32,000 nt of DNA from Cupriavidus necator (GCF_016127575.1 NZ_CP066019.1:930001-962000), one strand, 5' to 3'; positions 7,220 through 17,697 are shown, numbered from the stretch's first letter. The notes: a model not told the origin generated them from the letters alone. Translations and numbers: made by a program.

Positions 7220-10078
7220 CTAGGCATCAGTCTGCTCCGGCTCCACCGCCGGCGGATTTCCACGCGGCAACGCTACCAAGAAGCGCGCGCCCGCCTGGCC
7301 GCCGGGCCGGTCCGGGCGTTGCGCGGGTTCCACCCAGATGCGCCCGCCATGGGCTTGCACGATTGCCTCGCATACGGCGAGACCCAGGCCGACACCCGCG
7401 GTCGCGGATTCGCGCTCACCGCGCGTGAATTTCTCGAAGATCTGCCGTTCCTTGCCCTTGGGCACGCCGGGGCCATCATCCTCTACCGCAATCCTGATCT
7501 CGTCGTCGACCGGCGCGGCCGAGAGCCGGATCTCTGTGCCGGCAGGCGTGTATTTGGCGGCATTCTCCAGCAGGTTGCACAGCACGCGCTCGATCAGCAC
7601 GGCGTCGCATTCGACCAGGGGTACCCGGGACAAGTCGACGACAACCACGCGGTGGTGCTCGAGCGCCTCGCGCATGGCAGCCAGGCTGGCGCCAACGAGC
7701 TCCTCCACCGATTGCCACTCCTTGCTCATCCGGACTTCCCGGCCCTGCAGCTTCGCCATGTCCAGCAGATTCACCACCATGGTCCGCATGCGCCTGGCCT
7801 GTTCCAGCATGGCGGCCACGGTCTCGGCCAGTGACGGCGCCAGCCCGGGATCGCTGCGCTGCATGGTTTCCGCCATGCCGATCAGGCTGGTCAGCGGGGT
7901 GCGCAGGTCATGGGAGACAGCGGCCAGCAATGAGCTGCGCAGGCGCTCAGACTCCATCGACAGCAAGGCCAGCTGCGCCACTTCGACGTAATGCAAGCGC
8001 TCGATGGCGATCGCGATCAGCGTGCAGAACACATCGACCTGGCGCCGTAGCGCAGGTTGCGCAAAGGCGCGTGATACCGCAGGCTCGACCGCCAGCACGC
8101 CACGGGTCTGCATCGGCGCCTTCAATGGCAGATACAGCACGGTGCTGCCGGGCAAGGTATGCGTGCCGGTGCCTGCGGGCTGGCCGTGATCGAATACCCA
8201 CTCTGCCAGTACACGGTCGATCGAGTCGGTTCGCGCCCCGGTGTCATGCTGCTCGACATCGGACACGGGCGGCAGCAAGCGGCCTTCCGCGGAAACCAGG
8301 AAGAAGGCTGAATTGGCATCGAAGGCAGCACGCAGGAAACGGCTGGCGATCGAGACAATCTGGTTCGGCACCAGCGCCGCGGAGAGTTCACGGGCCAGTT
8401 CGTACAGCGTGCGGGCATCGTTCTCGCGCTGCACCGCCACCTGCGCTTGTTCGCGCAAACCGGCCGTCAGTTGCCCGATGACCAGCCCCACGGATAGCAG
8501 CACGAGGAACGTCAGCAGATACTGTACGTCGCTGACGGCGAACGACAGCCGCGGCGGTACGAAGAAGAAGTCGAAGGCGGCCACGGCCAATACCGAAGCC
8601 AGCGCCGCCGGTCCGCGGCCATGACGAAGCGCGACGCCGACCACTGCCGCCAGAAACAGCATGGCAATGTTGACGACGTCGAACCATGGAAATGCGAGGG
8701 CCGACAGTGCCGTGGCACCGGCGCACCATGCCGCCGCCCACAAATAATCTTTGCGCGTGGCCCCGTCGCCTGGCGCTGGGGCGTCTGGCGCTTCAGTGCC
8801 ATGGCGCGGGCGAAGATCCACCCGCGTCGTGTCTGCCGCCACGCGGATGATATCGATCTCCGGACACCCGAGCGCCAGCGCATCGGCAAAACTGCGGCGG
8901 CCGAACAGCCAGGCCGGCGCGTTCACAAATGGCGTCAAGGCCAGGCCGAGAAGGGAGCGGGCCCGCTCCGCAACGGAGGCGCCGCCCCGGCGCCAGTCTG
9001 CCGGCGCCCGGCCGATGACCACCTTGGTCAGGTTGTGGCGGCGCACGTACCCCACGATTGCCTGGACCATGTCGTTGCCCGCCAGGGTCTCGGTGCGTGC
9101 GCCCAACTCCTCTGCGAGACGCATGGCCGTCTGCAGGCGAGTCTTTGCGAAATCGGACGGGGGTGCCAGCCTGGGGGTGGCGATGGTCACCACATGCCAG
9201 TCGCAATCGAGCTGGCCGGCAAGCCGGCGCGCACTCCGGACGACCTGCTCGGCATCGTCACCACTACCGATGCAAGCCAGCACCGCCTCCCGGGTCCGCC
9301 ACACGCCTTGAACGGCTTCGGACTGACGCCATGCTCGGACATCGGAGTCCACCCGGTCGGCGGTCCGGCGCAGCGCCAGCTCGCGCAGGGCGATCAGATT
9401 GCCTTTCCGGAAAAAGTTGCGCGCCGCGTGTCGCGCCTGCTCCGGCAGATAGACCTTGCCTTCCTTCAGCCGGCGCAGCAGCTCGTCGGCCGGCAGGTCC
9501 ACCAGCACGACTTCGTCGGCGCTGTCGAACACAACGTCCGGCACGGTCTCCCAGACGCGGATGCCGGTGATGCCGCCCACCGCCTCGTTCAGGCTGTCCA
9601 GATGCTGCACATTGACCGTGGTCCAGACGTCGATCCCGGCAGCCTGCAATTCCTGGATATCCTGCCACCGCTTCGGATGGCGACTGCCCGGTGCGTTGGA
9701 ATGGGCCAGTTCGTCAACCAGGACCAGGGCCGGTCGCCGGACCAGCGCCGCGTCCAGGTCGAACTCCTGCAGAACCCGCTCGCGGTACGGCACGTCCTTC
9801 ATTGGCAAGCGCTCGATACCGGCGATCAGCGCTTCGGTCTCGGCGCGGCCGTGGGTCTCCACGATGCCAATGACAGCATCGGTGCCCCGTGCAGACGCCG
9901 TCCGCGCCGCGGTGAGCATGGCGAAGGTCTTGCCGACCCCGGCGGAAGCGCCAAAGTAGACCCTGAGCTTGCCGCGCGAAGCGCGAGCGCCTTCTTCCTG
10001 CACCATCTGGAGCAGGGCATCGGGGTCGGGGCGCGAGCCGGCTTCGCGCAATTCGGCATCAGGCATCGGTCGGCTCAC
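7220..10078 (-). CDS. kdpD: Sensor histidine kinase KdpD
   Basis: 952 aa. N-terminal KdpD domain with P-loop-like GASAGVGKT, a central 4-TM block, H-box SHDLRTPL, and ATP-binding boxes NLLENAAKYT, DDGPGVP, GVGLGLAVC. The start is either GTG 10078 or ATG 10066. Confidence 0.9.
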   Translation of the reverse strand: MSRPMPDAELREAGSRPDPDALLQMVQEEGARASRGKLRVYFGASAGVGKTFAMLTAARTASARGTDAVIGIVETHGRAETEALIAGIERLPMKDVPYRERVLQEFDLDAALVRRPALVLVDELAHSNAPGSRHPKRWQDIQELQAAGIDVWTTVNVQHLDSLNEAVGGITGIRVWETVPDVVFDSADEVVLVDLPADELLRRLKEGKVYLPEQARHAARNFFRKGNLIALRELALRRTADRVDSDVRAWRQSEAVQGVWRTREAVLACIGSGDDAEQVVRSARRLAGQLDCDWHVVTIATPRLAPPSDFAKTRLQTAMRLAEELGARTETLAGNDMVQAIVGYVRRHNLTKVVIGRAPADWRRGGASVAERARSLLGLALTPFVNAPAWLFGRRSFADALALGCPEIDIIRVAADTTRVDLRPRHGTEAPDAPAPGDGATRKDYLWAAAWCAGATALSALAFPWFDVVNIAMLFLAAVVGVALRHGRGPAALASVLAVAAFDFFFVPPRLSFAVSDVQYLLTFLVLLSVGLVIGQLTAGLREQAQVAVQRENDARTLYELARELSAALVPNQIVSIASRFLRAAFDANSAFFLVSAEGRLLPPVSDVEQHDTGARTDSIDRVLAEWVFDHGQPAGTGTHTLPGSTVLYLPLKAPMQTRGVLAVEPAVSRAFAQPALRRQVDVFCTLIAIAIERLHYVEVAQLALLSMESERLRSSLLAAVSHDLRTPLTSLIGMAETMQRSDPGLAPSLAETVAAMLEQARRMRTMVVNLLDMAKLQGREVRMSKEWQSVEELVGASLAAMREALEHHRVVVVDLSRVPLVECDAVLIERVLCNLLENAAKYTPAGTEIRLSAAPVDDEIRIAVEDDGPGVPKGKERQIFEKFTRGERESATAGVGLGLAVCEAIVQAHGGRIWVEPAQRPDRPGGQAGARFLVALPRGNPPAVEPEQTDA

Positions 10079-10135
10079 CCTCTATGCTGGCATTGGCAAA
10101 CCGGTTCTGCTTCGCATCCGCGTCCCGGCACTGGG

Positions 10136-10759
10136 CTATTTCCGTGCAATGGCATCCAAGCCAAGGTTCAGCTTCAGGACATTGACTCCCGGACCGCCCA
10201 GGACCGACAGTAGCGGCGTTTCGGTATTTGCCGCAATCAATTGCTTCACCTGTTCGATCGGAATCCCCCTGGCGCGGGCGATGCGCGCCGCCTGGTACTC
10301 AGCGGCCGCAGGGCTGATGTGCGGGTCGAGCCCGCTGCCGGAGGCAGTGACCAGGTCCACCGGAACGGGGGCCTGGTTGTCCGGATCCGCGGCGTGCAGG
10401 GCGACGACGCGCGCGCGCGCGGCATCGGTCAGCGCCGGATTGGTGGGGCCCAGGTTGGATCCCGCCGAAGCCGCGGCGTTATACGGCATCGGCGCCGTGG
10501 CCGACAGCCGGCCCCAGAAGTACTTCGGGTCGGAGAACGGCTGGCCGATCAGTTCCGAGCCAACTGTCCTGCCATCCTTCTCGATCAGCGAGCCGGCTGC
10601 CTGATGCGGGAACACGGCCTTGGAGATTGCCGTGATCGCGCCGGGATAGAGCAGGCCGGTCACCAGCGAAAGACCAACGAACACCACCAACATTGGCCGC
10701 AGCAAGCCACCTTGCACGGGTGCCGGCGACGGCTGCGGGGACTGCACTTGCGTATTCAT
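10136..10759 (-). CDS. kdpC: K+-transporting ATPase subunit C
   Basis: 207 aa with a single N-terminal TM helix and conserved KdpC blocks ([23 protein letters not shown]). ATG 10759 has GGAG 6 nt upstream, 25 nt after the kdpB stop. Confidence 0.9.
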   Translation of the reverse strand: MNTQVQSPQPSPAPVQGGLLRPMLVVFVGLSLVTGLLYPGAITAISKAVFPHQAAGSLIEKDGRTVGSELIGQPFSDPKYFWGRLSATAPMPYNAAASAGSNLGPTNPALTDAARARVVALHAADPDNQAPVPVDLVTASGSGLDPHISPAAAEYQAARIARARGIPIEQVKQLIAANTETPLLSVLGGPGVNVLKLNLGLDAIARK

Positions 10760-10784
10760 GAGCGCTCCGAATCGTGGCAGAAAA

Positions 10785-13010
10785 TCAGACCCAGCCAAAC
10801 AGGGCCAGGATCATGTCGATCAGCTTGATGCCGGCAAACGGCACCAGGATGCCGCCCAGGCCGTAGACCAGCAGGTTGCGGCGCAGCAGCACCGCGGCGC
10901 CCAGCGGCCGGTAGACCACGCCCTTGAGCGCAAGCGGGATCAGCACGACGATGATGAGCGCGTTGAAGATCACCGCCGACATGATGGCCGACGCCGGCGT
11001 GGCGAGCCCCATCACATTGAGCAGGTTGAGCTGCGGATAGGTGGTGGCAAACGCCGCCGGGATGATCGCGAAGTACTTGGCGATGTCGTTGGCCACGCTG
11101 AAGGTCGTCAGCGAGCCGCGCGTCATCAGCATCTGCTTGCCGATCTCGACGATCTCGATCAGCTTGGTCGGGTTGCTGTCGAGGTCCACCATGTTGCCGG
11201 CTTCCTTGGCCGCCTGCGTGCCGCTGTTCATCGCTACGGCTACGTCGGCCTGGGCCAGTGCCGGCGCGTCGTTGGTGCCGTCGCCGGTCATCGCGACCAG
11301 CCGCCCGTCGGCCTGGTACTGGCGGATCAGCTTGAGCTTGGCTTCCGGCGTGGCTTCGGCCAGGAAGTCGTCAACGCCGGCTTCCGCCGCAATCGAAGCC
11401 GCCGTCAGCCGGTTGTCGCCGGTGATCATCACGGTCTTGATGCCCATCTTGCGCAGTTCGCCGAAGCGCTCGCGAATGCCGGTCTTGACGATGTCTTTCA
11501 GCTCGATCACGCCAAGCACGCGTACCGAACCGCCGTTGGCGTCGGCTACCACCAGCGGCGTGCTGCCGGCGCGGGCAACCTCATCGACGGCTTGCAGGAC
11601 AGCATCGGGGAACTTGCCGGCACGTTCCGTGACGTAGCGGCGCACGGCATCGGCCGCACCCTTGCGCACGTGACGCTCGCCGCCGCCATCGCTCAGGTCA
11701 ACCCCGCTCATGCGGGTCTGGGCGCTGAACGGCACGAACTCCGGCTTCAGGCTCGCCATCACCGGCGCCGCCAGCCCCGGCAGCTGGCGTGCCAGCGTGA
11801 TGATGCTGCGGCCTTCCGGGGTCTCGTCGGCCAGCGACGACAGCCACGCCGCTTCCGCGAGCTGCAGCGGCGACACGCCCGGGGCCGGGATGAAGCGCGA
11901 TGCCTGGCGGTTGCCATGGGTAATGGTGCCGGTCTTGTCGAGCAGCAGCACGTCCACGTCACCAGCGGCTTCGACCGCACGGCCCGAGGTGGCAATCACG
12001 TTGGCTTCCATCATCCGGCTCATGCCCGCCACGCCAATGGCTGACAGCAGCCCGCCGATGGTGGTGGGAATCAGGCAGACCAGCAGGGCCACCAGCACCG
12101 TGATCGTCACCGGAACGCCTGCCTTTGCCACCAGCACGCTGTAGAGCGAGAACGGCTGCAGCGTGGCCGTGGCCAGCAGCAGCACAATGGTCAGCCCGAC
12201 CAGCAGGATCGTCAGGGCCAGTTCGTTCGGCGTCTTCTGCCGCTTGGCGCCTTCAACCATCGTGATCATGCGGTCGATGAAGCTCTCGCCCGGGTTGGTC
12301 GTGATGCGCGCCACGATCCAGTCGGACAGCACGCGTGTACCGCCGGTCACCGACGAGAAGTCGCCGCCCGACTCGCGGATCACCGGCGCCGATTCGCCGG
12401 TGATGGCGCTTTCGTCGACCGAGGCCACGCCGTCGATCACTTCGCCGTCGCCGGGGATCATCTCGCCGGCCTGTACCAGCACCACGTCGCCACGGCGCAG
12501 CGCCGTGGCGGGGCGCGCTTCGGTGGCACTGCCACGCTTGCCGTCCTTCAGCACACGTGCGGTGACGGTGGTCTTCAGGCCGCGCAGCGCTTCCGCCTGC
12601 TGCTTGCTTCGGCCTTCGGCAAGTGCCTCGGCAAAGTTAGCGAACAGCACCGTGAACCACAGCCACACCGACACCGCCAGGATGAAGCCCGCGGATTCCC
12701 CACCGGGGGCTGCCGCCGGCGCGGCCATGGCCTTCAGGAAAAGGATCGTCGTCAGGATGCTGCCCACGTAGGCCACGAACATCACCGGGTTGCGCAGCTG
12801 GTCGCGCGGCGACAACTTCCCGAAGGCCGCGACCAGCGCGGGCTTCACCAGCTCCGGCGCGAACATGCTGCGCGCCGGCGGGCGATGATGGTGGGAGCCG
12901 TGTTGGCGGTCGGACACCGGCGCGCTCTTTGCCTGAATCGTGTTGGAGGAAGACGCTTCAGCCGTGTTGGCGCCGCGCTTGGCCACCGGGGCCATCGAAT
13001 CTTGTTGCAT
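10785..13010 (-). CDS. kdpB: K+-transporting P-type ATPase subunit B
   Basis: P-type ATPase motifs DKTGTIT, MITGDN and [18 protein letters not shown] 13010 is preceded by GGAGA (13015-13019). This gives about 45 extra N-terminal residues relative to E. coli KdpB as recalled. Confidence 0.9.
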   Translation of the reverse strand: MQQDSMAPVAKRGANTAEASSSNTIQAKSAPVSDRQHGSHHHRPPARSMFAPELVKPALVAAFGKLSPRDQLRNPVMFVAYVGSILTTILFLKAMAAPAAAPGGESAGFILAVSVWLWFTVLFANFAEALAEGRSKQQAEALRGLKTTVTARVLKDGKRGSATEARPATALRRGDVVLVQAGEMIPGDGEVIDGVASVDESAITGESAPVIRESGGDFSSVTGGTRVLSDWIVARITTNPGESFIDRMITMVEGAKRQKTPNELALTILLVGLTIVLLLATATLQPFSLYSVLVAKAGVPVTITVLVALLVCLIPTTIGGLLSAIGVAGMSRMMEANVIATSGRAVEAAGDVDVLLLDKTGTITHGNRQASRFIPAPGVSPLQLAEAAWLSSLADETPEGRSIITLARQLPGLAAPVMASLKPEFVPFSAQTRMSGVDLSDGGGERHVRKGAADAVRRYVTERAGKFPDAVLQAVDEVARAGSTPLVVADANGGSVRVLGVIELKDIVKTGIRERFGELRKMGIKTVMITGDNRLTAASIAAEAGVDDFLAEATPEAKLKLIRQYQADGRLVAMTGDGTNDAPALAQADVAVAMNSGTQAAKEAGNMVDLDSNPTKLIEIVEIGKQMLMTRGSLTTFSVANDIAKYFAIIPAAFATTYPQLNLLNVMGLATPASAIMSAVIFNALIIVVLIPLALKGVVYRPLGAAVLLRRNLLVYGLGGILVPFAGIKLIDMILALFGWV

Positions 13011-13113
13011 GGTTTCTCCGCAATCCGCTAGAGCCATCCGGCACCTGCATCGGTGAGGCAGGGCAGGGTCCGGACGTGTAGGAATGCTCGATATTTCGTC
13101 GTCAGTCGTCGCT

Positions 13114-14934
13114 TTACTTCGCCGCGGTTGCCGTCACCGCGCCCTGGAGTTGCTCGGCGACTGGCCCCAGCGCCAGCGCCGGGACATAGGTCAGCGCACC
13201 GACCAGCAGCACGGTGCCCACCAGCAGGACGACGAACAGCGGGCCGTGCGTCGGCATCGTGCCGCCGCTCACGGGCACGCGCTTCTTGGCTGCCAGCGAG
13301 CCCGCCAGCGCAAGCACCGGGATGATGATCCAGAACCGGCCGAACCACATGGCCGCCGCCAGCAGCGTGTTGTAGAACGGGGTGTTGGCGGACAAGCCCG
13401 CAAAGGCGCTGCCATTGTTGTTGGCCGCCGACGAGAGCGCGTACAGGATCTCGGAGAAGCCGTGCGTGCCGGGATTGAACACACCGGCGCGTCCGGCCTC
13501 GGTCATCACCGCCACCGACGTGCCGAGCAGCACCAGCAGGGGCGTGACCAGGATCGCCACGGCCGTCATCTTCATCTCGTAGACTTCGATCTTCTTGCCG
13601 AGGTACTCCGGCGTGCGCCCGATCATCAGTCCGGCGATGAACACCGCGAGCACGGCGTAGACCAGCATGCCGTACAGCCCCGAGCCGACGCCGCCGAACA
13701 CGACCTCGCCCAGCTGCATCAGCAGCATCGGCACCAGGCCACCGATGGCGGTGAAGGAGTCATGCATGGCATTGACCGCGCCGCACGACGCCGCGGTCGT
13801 GATGGTGGCGAACAGTGCCGAAGCGGCGATGCCGAAGCGCGTTTCCTTGCCTTCCATATTGCCGCCGGCCTGCAGCAGCGACGCGGCGTGATCCACCGGC
13901 AATCCGGCCAGCGCCGGGGTCGCCATCTGCTCGGACATCGCCGCCACGCAGGCCATCGCGACAAAGATGACCGTCATGGAAGCCAGCACCGCCACACCCT
14001 GTCGCCTGTCTCCCACCATTTCGCCAAAGGTGAAGCACAGCGCCGCCGGGATCAGGAAGATCGCCAGCATCTCGAGAAGGTTGGCCAGGCCATTCGGGTT
14101 CTCGAACGGATGCGCCGAGTTGGCATTGAAGAAGCCGCCACCGTTGGTGCCCAGCATCTTGATGGCCTCTTGCGAGGCAACCGGGCCCATCGCCAGCGTC
14201 TGCCTGTCGGTCTTCAGGTCTTCCGTCACCGGCTTGCCTTGTGCATCGAGCACCGGTTGCCCGGCCGCATCGAGCTTAGGCTGGCTGTACTCCACCGGCG
14301 TGACCAGGCTGGCTTCCTTGTAGGCATCGAAGTTCTGGGTCACTCCCTGGCTGACCAGGGCAAGTGCAATCACGGTCGCGATCGGCGCCAGCACGTACAA
14401 CGTGACCCGCGTCATGTCGACCCAGAAATTGCCGATGGTGGCGGCGCTCTGGCGCGCGAATCCGCGCATCAGCGCGAACACCACGGCGATGCCGGTCGCC
14501 GCGGACAGGAAGTTCTGCACGGTGAGCGCGAGCATCTGCGTCAGATAGCCCATGGTCGACTCGCCGCCATAGCCTTGCCAGTTGGTGTTGGCGACAAAGC
14601 TGATCGCCGTGTTGAAGGCCGAGTCCGGCGAAACCGCGCCAAAGCCCTGCGGATTGAGCGGCAGCATGCCTTGCAGGCGCTGCAGCGCATAGACTGCCAC
14701 CACGCCAAGCAGGTTGAATGCCAGCACCGCGACGGCGTACTGCGTCCACCCCATCCCGGCATCGGCACGCACGCCGCCCAGGCGATACAGCAGCCGTTCC
14801 AGCGGCCGGCCCCAGGCGGTCAGCGAATAGTTGCCATCCTCCACCGCACGCCGGATATAGCGTCCGAGAAAAGGGGCGCACGCCAGCAGGATGGCGAGAT
14901 AGAGGACCAGCAGGCCCACGAATTGGGAGGACAT
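13114..14934 (-). CDS. kdpA: K+-transporting ATPase subunit A
   Basis: 606-aa polytopic protein, KdpA-like throughout. ATG 14934 overlaps the kdpF stop (TGATG). The 665-aa track ORF is an upstream over-extension through kdpF. Confidence 0.9.
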   Translation of the reverse strand: MSSQFVGLLVLYLAILLACAPFLGRYIRRAVEDGNYSLTAWGRPLERLLYRLGGVRADAGMGWTQYAVAVLAFNLLGVVAVYALQRLQGMLPLNPQGFGAVSPDSAFNTAISFVANTNWQGYGGESTMGYLTQMLALTVQNFLSAATGIAVVFALMRGFARQSAATIGNFWVDMTRVTLYVLAPIATVIALALVSQGVTQNFDAYKEASLVTPVEYSQPKLDAAGQPVLDAQGKPVTEDLKTDRQTLAMGPVASQEAIKMLGTNGGGFFNANSAHPFENPNGLANLLEMLAIFLIPAALCFTFGEMVGDRRQGVAVLASMTVIFVAMACVAAMSEQMATPALAGLPVDHAASLLQAGGNMEGKETRFGIAASALFATITTAASCGAVNAMHDSFTAIGGLVPMLLMQLGEVVFGGVGSGLYGMLVYAVLAVFIAGLMIGRTPEYLGKKIEVYEMKMTAVAILVTPLLVLLGTSVAVMTEAGRAGVFNPGTHGFSEILYALSSAANNNGSAFAGLSANTPFYNTLLAAAMWFGRFWIIIPVLALAGSLAAKKRVPVSGGTMPTHGPLFVVLLVGTVLLVGALTYVPALALGPVAEQLQGAVTATAAK

Positions 14935-15023
14935 CAGAATTTCTCCGGCCGGAACAACGCAATGAGGAGGTAAACAAAAATGGCAATGGCCAGCACGCCG
15001 CTCAACAGATCGGTCCAGCTCAT
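14934..15023 (-). CDS. kdpF: K+-transporting ATPase subunit F (29 aa)
   Basis: Hand translation gives [29 protein letters not shown], then TGA overlapping the kdpA ATG. AGGAGG lies 5 nt upstream of ATG 15023. Size, single TM helix and position match KdpF. Confidence 0.8.
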   Translation of the reverse strand: MSWTDLLSGVLAIAIFVYLLIALFRPEKF

Positions 15024-15187
15024 CACAGCCTCCTGTCCGACGCGCTGTTCTTTGCCGCCATCTGGTCATGCGCGCCGCCGTGGCCGCTGCCTGCCGGAGA
15101 TTTCGGCGCAAGCACGGCGCAAAGCCCCAGCAGGGCTGCGCTCAGCACGGCGAAGCCAATCAATACGATCAAATAGATCCCGTCCAT
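15023..15187 (-). CDS. Unannotated 54-aa single-TM ORF at the head of the kdp operon (hypothetical)
   Basis: [54 protein letters not shown]. Its TGA (15023-15025) overlaps the kdpF ATG as TGATG, the same junction as kdpF/kdpA. AAGGG lies about 9 nt upstream of ATG 15187. It sits where the first cistron is expected relative to the KdpE box. It is part of track ORF 15023..15316. Confidence 0.35.
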   Translation of the reverse strand: MDGIYLIVLIGFAVLSAALLGLCAVLAPKSPAGSGHGGAHDQMAAKNSASDRRL

Positions 15188-15263
15188 AACAAAGCACCCT
15201 TGAATGGTTTCGGCTTGCAGATTAGCGACGGGGTCGTAAAAACAGGGTAGAAAGATGGCCGGT

Positions 15264-15285
15264 GCGTATAAAGAACGTATAAAGA
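15264..15285 (-). promoter_or_regulatory. KdpE-type binding site (tandem 11-bp direct repeat) of the kdp promoter
   Basis: The - strand reads TCTTTATACGT TCTTTATACGC. This gives two TTTATA half-sites with 11-bp periodicity (plus-strand TATAAA at 15267-15272 and 15278-15283), like the E. coli TTTATA-N5-TTTACA KdpE site as recalled. A -10-like GCTAAT (15221-15226) lies 37 nt downstream and the -35 is weak, as expected for an activator-dependent promoter. Confidence 0.6.
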
Positions 15286-15435
15286 TTCGGGCGATCAGCA
15301 TGCGCGCGGGAGCCAAGGTGCACCTTCTTGGCCGCTGGCGATCGTGATGCGTGGTGGTAAGGCTGCCGCTGTTGGCGGAGATGCTGCGCCGGCGCGACGC
15401 TTCTCTTTCGGATCTTTACGCGACGGCCCGGCGCG

Positions 15436-16692
15436 TTAATCGAGGGGCTTGACCCGCCGGAATGCACCAAGGAGTGCGAGGTCGTAGGCGATCTTGAGCA
15501 CGCCGCAGGCAACCAGCGGCGTCCCGACCCAGCCCATCGCCAGCAGCGCGCCCGCCAGGGTCGGGCCGAATGCGGCAGCCAGGCTCCTGGGCACGGCAGT
15601 CAGGCTTGCCGCCGCCGGCCGCTCGGGCGGCGTCACCACGGCCATGACATAGGCGGTCCGGGTCGGCACATCCATCTGCGACAGCGCGCTGCGTACGAGC
15701 AGCAGCGCCAGCGTCGCCGGCAGGGAGGGGGAGAACGCGGCCGCGATCAGGCAGAGGCTGGATGGGATATGGGTGAACACCATCGTGTTCAGCAAACCGA
15801 ACCTGCGAGCCAGCGGTGCGGCCACGAGCTGGGAGCCGGCGCTAAGCAGCCCGGCCCAGAAGAAGAACTGCCCGGCGGCACCAATGGAAAGGCCGAAGCG
15901 CTGCATCAACCATAGCGCCAGCAGGGAATTCACCACCAGGCCGCCGGCAAATGCGTCGACGCTGAAGAGCAGGGCAAGGCGGGTAACGATCCGGCGAGAC
16001 GGTCCCAGCGGGACTCTCGCCGTTGCCAGGTGCGGTGGCGGCTCCGGCATGCGGGCATAGAGGAACCAGAGTGCGGCACCGGTCAGGGCATAGACCATGA
16101 ACATGGCGCGCAGCGCGCTGAGGACAGGAACCCCAAGTTGCGCCGCGAGCCAGTCCGGCAGCGCCGCCGCCAGCGCACCAATGGCCGCGCAGAGGGCCCC
16201 GGTCAGGCTGTAGCGGGCGAACAGGGCAGTGCGGGCATCGGCGCAGGCTGAATCGGCAAGACCGGCATGCTCAAGCGGCAGGAAGACGCTGACGTCGCCG
16301 GAACTGGGGTTGAGCGTGCCGACGAATGCGACCAGCAATAGCGGCCAGAGGGAGGACAGTCCGGCGAAGCCTATGCCGGTGGCGGCCATCAACGCGGCCG
16401 CCGACATCAGCAGCCTGCGCTGCGGATAGCGGTGGCCGATGATGCCCACCAGGACCGTCGCCAGCGCCGAGCCGATCAGGGTTGCGCTGCTGACCAGCCC
16501 CACTGCCAGCTGCGCGAAGCCCAGAGCCAGCAGGTACGCCGGCAACAGCACGGCGATAAAGCCGTCACAGAAGCCGCGCAGCGCGCGGCCAACGAGAAGC
16601 GGCAAGGCGCCGGGATGAATGCCTGCGGGCAGGACCAGGCGCGCTAGCCAGCCTCTGCTGACAATCATGGCCGGGTCTTCAGGTGTGCGCAT
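15436..16692 (-). CDS. MFS transporter
   Basis: About 410 aa and 12-TM-like, rich in hydrophobic G/A/L residues. The start is ATG 16692 or ATG 16668. No specific substrate can be inferred. Confidence 0.8.
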   Translation of the reverse strand: MRTPEDPAMIVSRGWLARLVLPAGIHPGALPLLVGRALRGFCDGFIAVLLPAYLLALGFAQLAVGLVSSATLIGSALATVLVGIIGHRYPQRRLLMSAAALMAATGIGFAGLSSLWPLLLVAFVGTLNPSSGDVSVFLPLEHAGLADSACADARTALFARYSLTGALCAAIGALAAALPDWLAAQLGVPVLSALRAMFMVYALTGAALWFLYARMPEPPPHLATARVPLGPSRRIVTRLALLFSVDAFAGGLVVNSLLALWLMQRFGLSIGAAGQFFFWAGLLSAGSQLVAAPLARRFGLLNTMVFTHIPSSLCLIAAAFSPSLPATLALLLVRSALSQMDVPTRTAYVMAVVTPPERPAAASLTAVPRSLAAAFGPTLAGALLAMGWVGTPLVACGVLKIAYDLALLGAFRRVKPLD

Positions 16693-17023
16693 CGCAATGG
16701 CATCCGTGTTCCGGTGGTCTCATGCCGTCAGTGAAAGCCCGTGGCGATCCCGCCGTACAAGAACACAGTATGCGCCGGACTCGAAGGCACCGGCTTGGGC
16801 GACACGGCAAAGGCTGGCATGGCGCCATGTTAGATGGCCCCGCAGATGGTGGCATCGGCCGCATCTGCGCCGCGCGCCGCCTTGGTATGGCGTTCCAATC
16901 AGTCCTTGAGCGCGAGCGCAGCTTCCGGCGCGCGGAGGAAGCTGATCGCCAGGCGATTGAACGCATTCATCAGGCTGATGGCGGGGGCAGGGGGGATCAC
17001 TCCGAGCGGATTCATCGATGCAC

Positions 17024-17051
17024 TTGACAAAAATACCAATTGGTATATTCT
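17024..17051 (+). promoter_or_regulatory. tetR promoter with embedded 14-bp palindromic operator
   Basis: TTGACA (17024-17029), a 16-nt spacer, then TATTCT (17046-17051). The perfect palindrome ATACCAATTGGTAT (17033-17046) fills the spacer. The tetR ATG (17059) lies 7 nt after the -10 with no SD, suggesting a leaderless mRNA. Confidence 0.55.
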
Positions 17052-17058
17052 GGCTTCC

Positions 17059-17643
17059 ATGAATAAAGCTCAGCGAACCCGCCAGTTCATCGTCGAGAAG
17101 ACAGCCCCGATCTTCAACGTCAAAGGCTATGCCGGTACGTCCCTGGCCGATATGACGGAGGCCACCGGGCTGACGAAGGGCAGCGTCTACGGCAACTTTG
17201 CCAACAAGGAGGAAGTGGCCCTGGCTGCTTTCGATCACAACTGGAAGCAGGCGCAGGCGGCAGTCCGGGCCGTAATGGCCACGAGAGAAACCAGCAAGGA
17301 GCAGCTGCTCGCATTGACAGGCGTGTATGAAAGCCTGCCTGAGGAATTCCCCGTGGGGGGATGCCCGCTGCTCAACACAGCGATTGAAGCCGACGACACG
17401 CACCCGGCCCTGCGCGAGAAAGCCATGGAGGCTTTCCGGGGCTGGAAGACGCATCTTGTCAAAGTCATCAAGGCAGGGATTGCTTCGCAGGAGTTCCGCA
17501 AAGACGTCGATGCCGAGCAGACTGCCGTCACGCTGATTGCATTGATCGAGGGCGCCATCATGATCTCTCGCCTCACAGGCAACGCTGGCTACAGCAAGGC
17601 CGTGATGTCGGCGGTAGAAAAAACCATCGTCGATCTGAAGTGA
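17059..17643 (+). CDS. TetR/AcrR family transcriptional regulator
   Basis: 194 aa. N-terminal TetR HTH (FNVKGYAGTSLADMTEATGLTKGSVYGNFANKEEVALAAF). The track ORF 16834.. is an upstream over-extension. Confidence 0.85.
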   Translation: MNKAQRTRQFIVEKTAPIFNVKGYAGTSLADMTEATGLTKGSVYGNFANKEEVALAAFDHNWKQAQAAVRAVMATRETSKEQLLALTGVYESLPEEFPVGGCPLLNTAIEADDTHPALREKAMEAFRGWKTHLVKVIKAGIASQEFRKDVDAEQTAVTLIALIEGAIMISRLTGNAGYSKAVMSAVEKTIVDLK

Positions 17644-17648
17644 TTTTT

Positions 17649-17677
17649 TCGACCAAAAATATACCAATTGGTATTCT
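17649..17677 (+). promoter_or_regulatory. Second copy of the same operator inside a promoter-like context upstream of the DUF2798 gene
   Basis: TCGACC (17649-17654), a 17-nt spacer, then TATTCT (17672-17677), with the identical palindrome ATACCAATTGGTAT at 17661-17674. AAGGAAG SD (17686-17692) and ATG 17698 follow. Confidence 0.55.
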
Positions 17678-17697
17678 ATCTGCCAAAGGAAGCAACC

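Noticed and set aside
13084-14973. 629-aa + strand ORF, plus similar long ORFs at 8621-10213, 10758-12044, 6455-7834, 5519-6385, 3945-5117, 22006-23301, 22841-24085 and 24191-25459 on the + strand, and 1008-2099 and 27711-28619 on the - strand
   Set aside because: All are antisense to or out of frame with genes that have strong family motifs (kdpA/B/D/E, the porin, dapA-like, CoA-transferase, Bug, ACAD, tauA, lysR). Their translations are Arg/Ala/Gly/Pro-rich with no motifs.
13114-15111. Over-extended N-termini in track ORFs (kdpA 665 aa, Bug 28028-29500, CoA-transferase 30283-31731, ACAD 24230-25567, kdpC, kdpB, TetR 16834-)
   Set aside because: The extensions run through upstream genes or intergenic DNA, are Arg/Pro-rich, and lack SD sites. 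Internal ATGs with AGGAG-type SDs, homologous N-termini or signal peptides were used instead.
15024-15213. c-di-AMP (ydaO-type) or other riboswitch in the long kdp leader
   Set aside because: I could not recognise the pseudo-symmetric conserved cores of that riboswitch class. The region has a clean open frame with a TM helix, so a small ORF is the simpler reading.
16899-17015. 38-codon - strand ORF (MNPLGVIPPAPAISLMNAFNRLAISFLRAPEAALALKD) divergent from tetR
   Set aside because: It is attractive as the divergent target of the TetR operator, or as a C-terminal gene remnant. However, it has no SD and no recognisable family, and it is too short to judge by eye. It is left unannotated.
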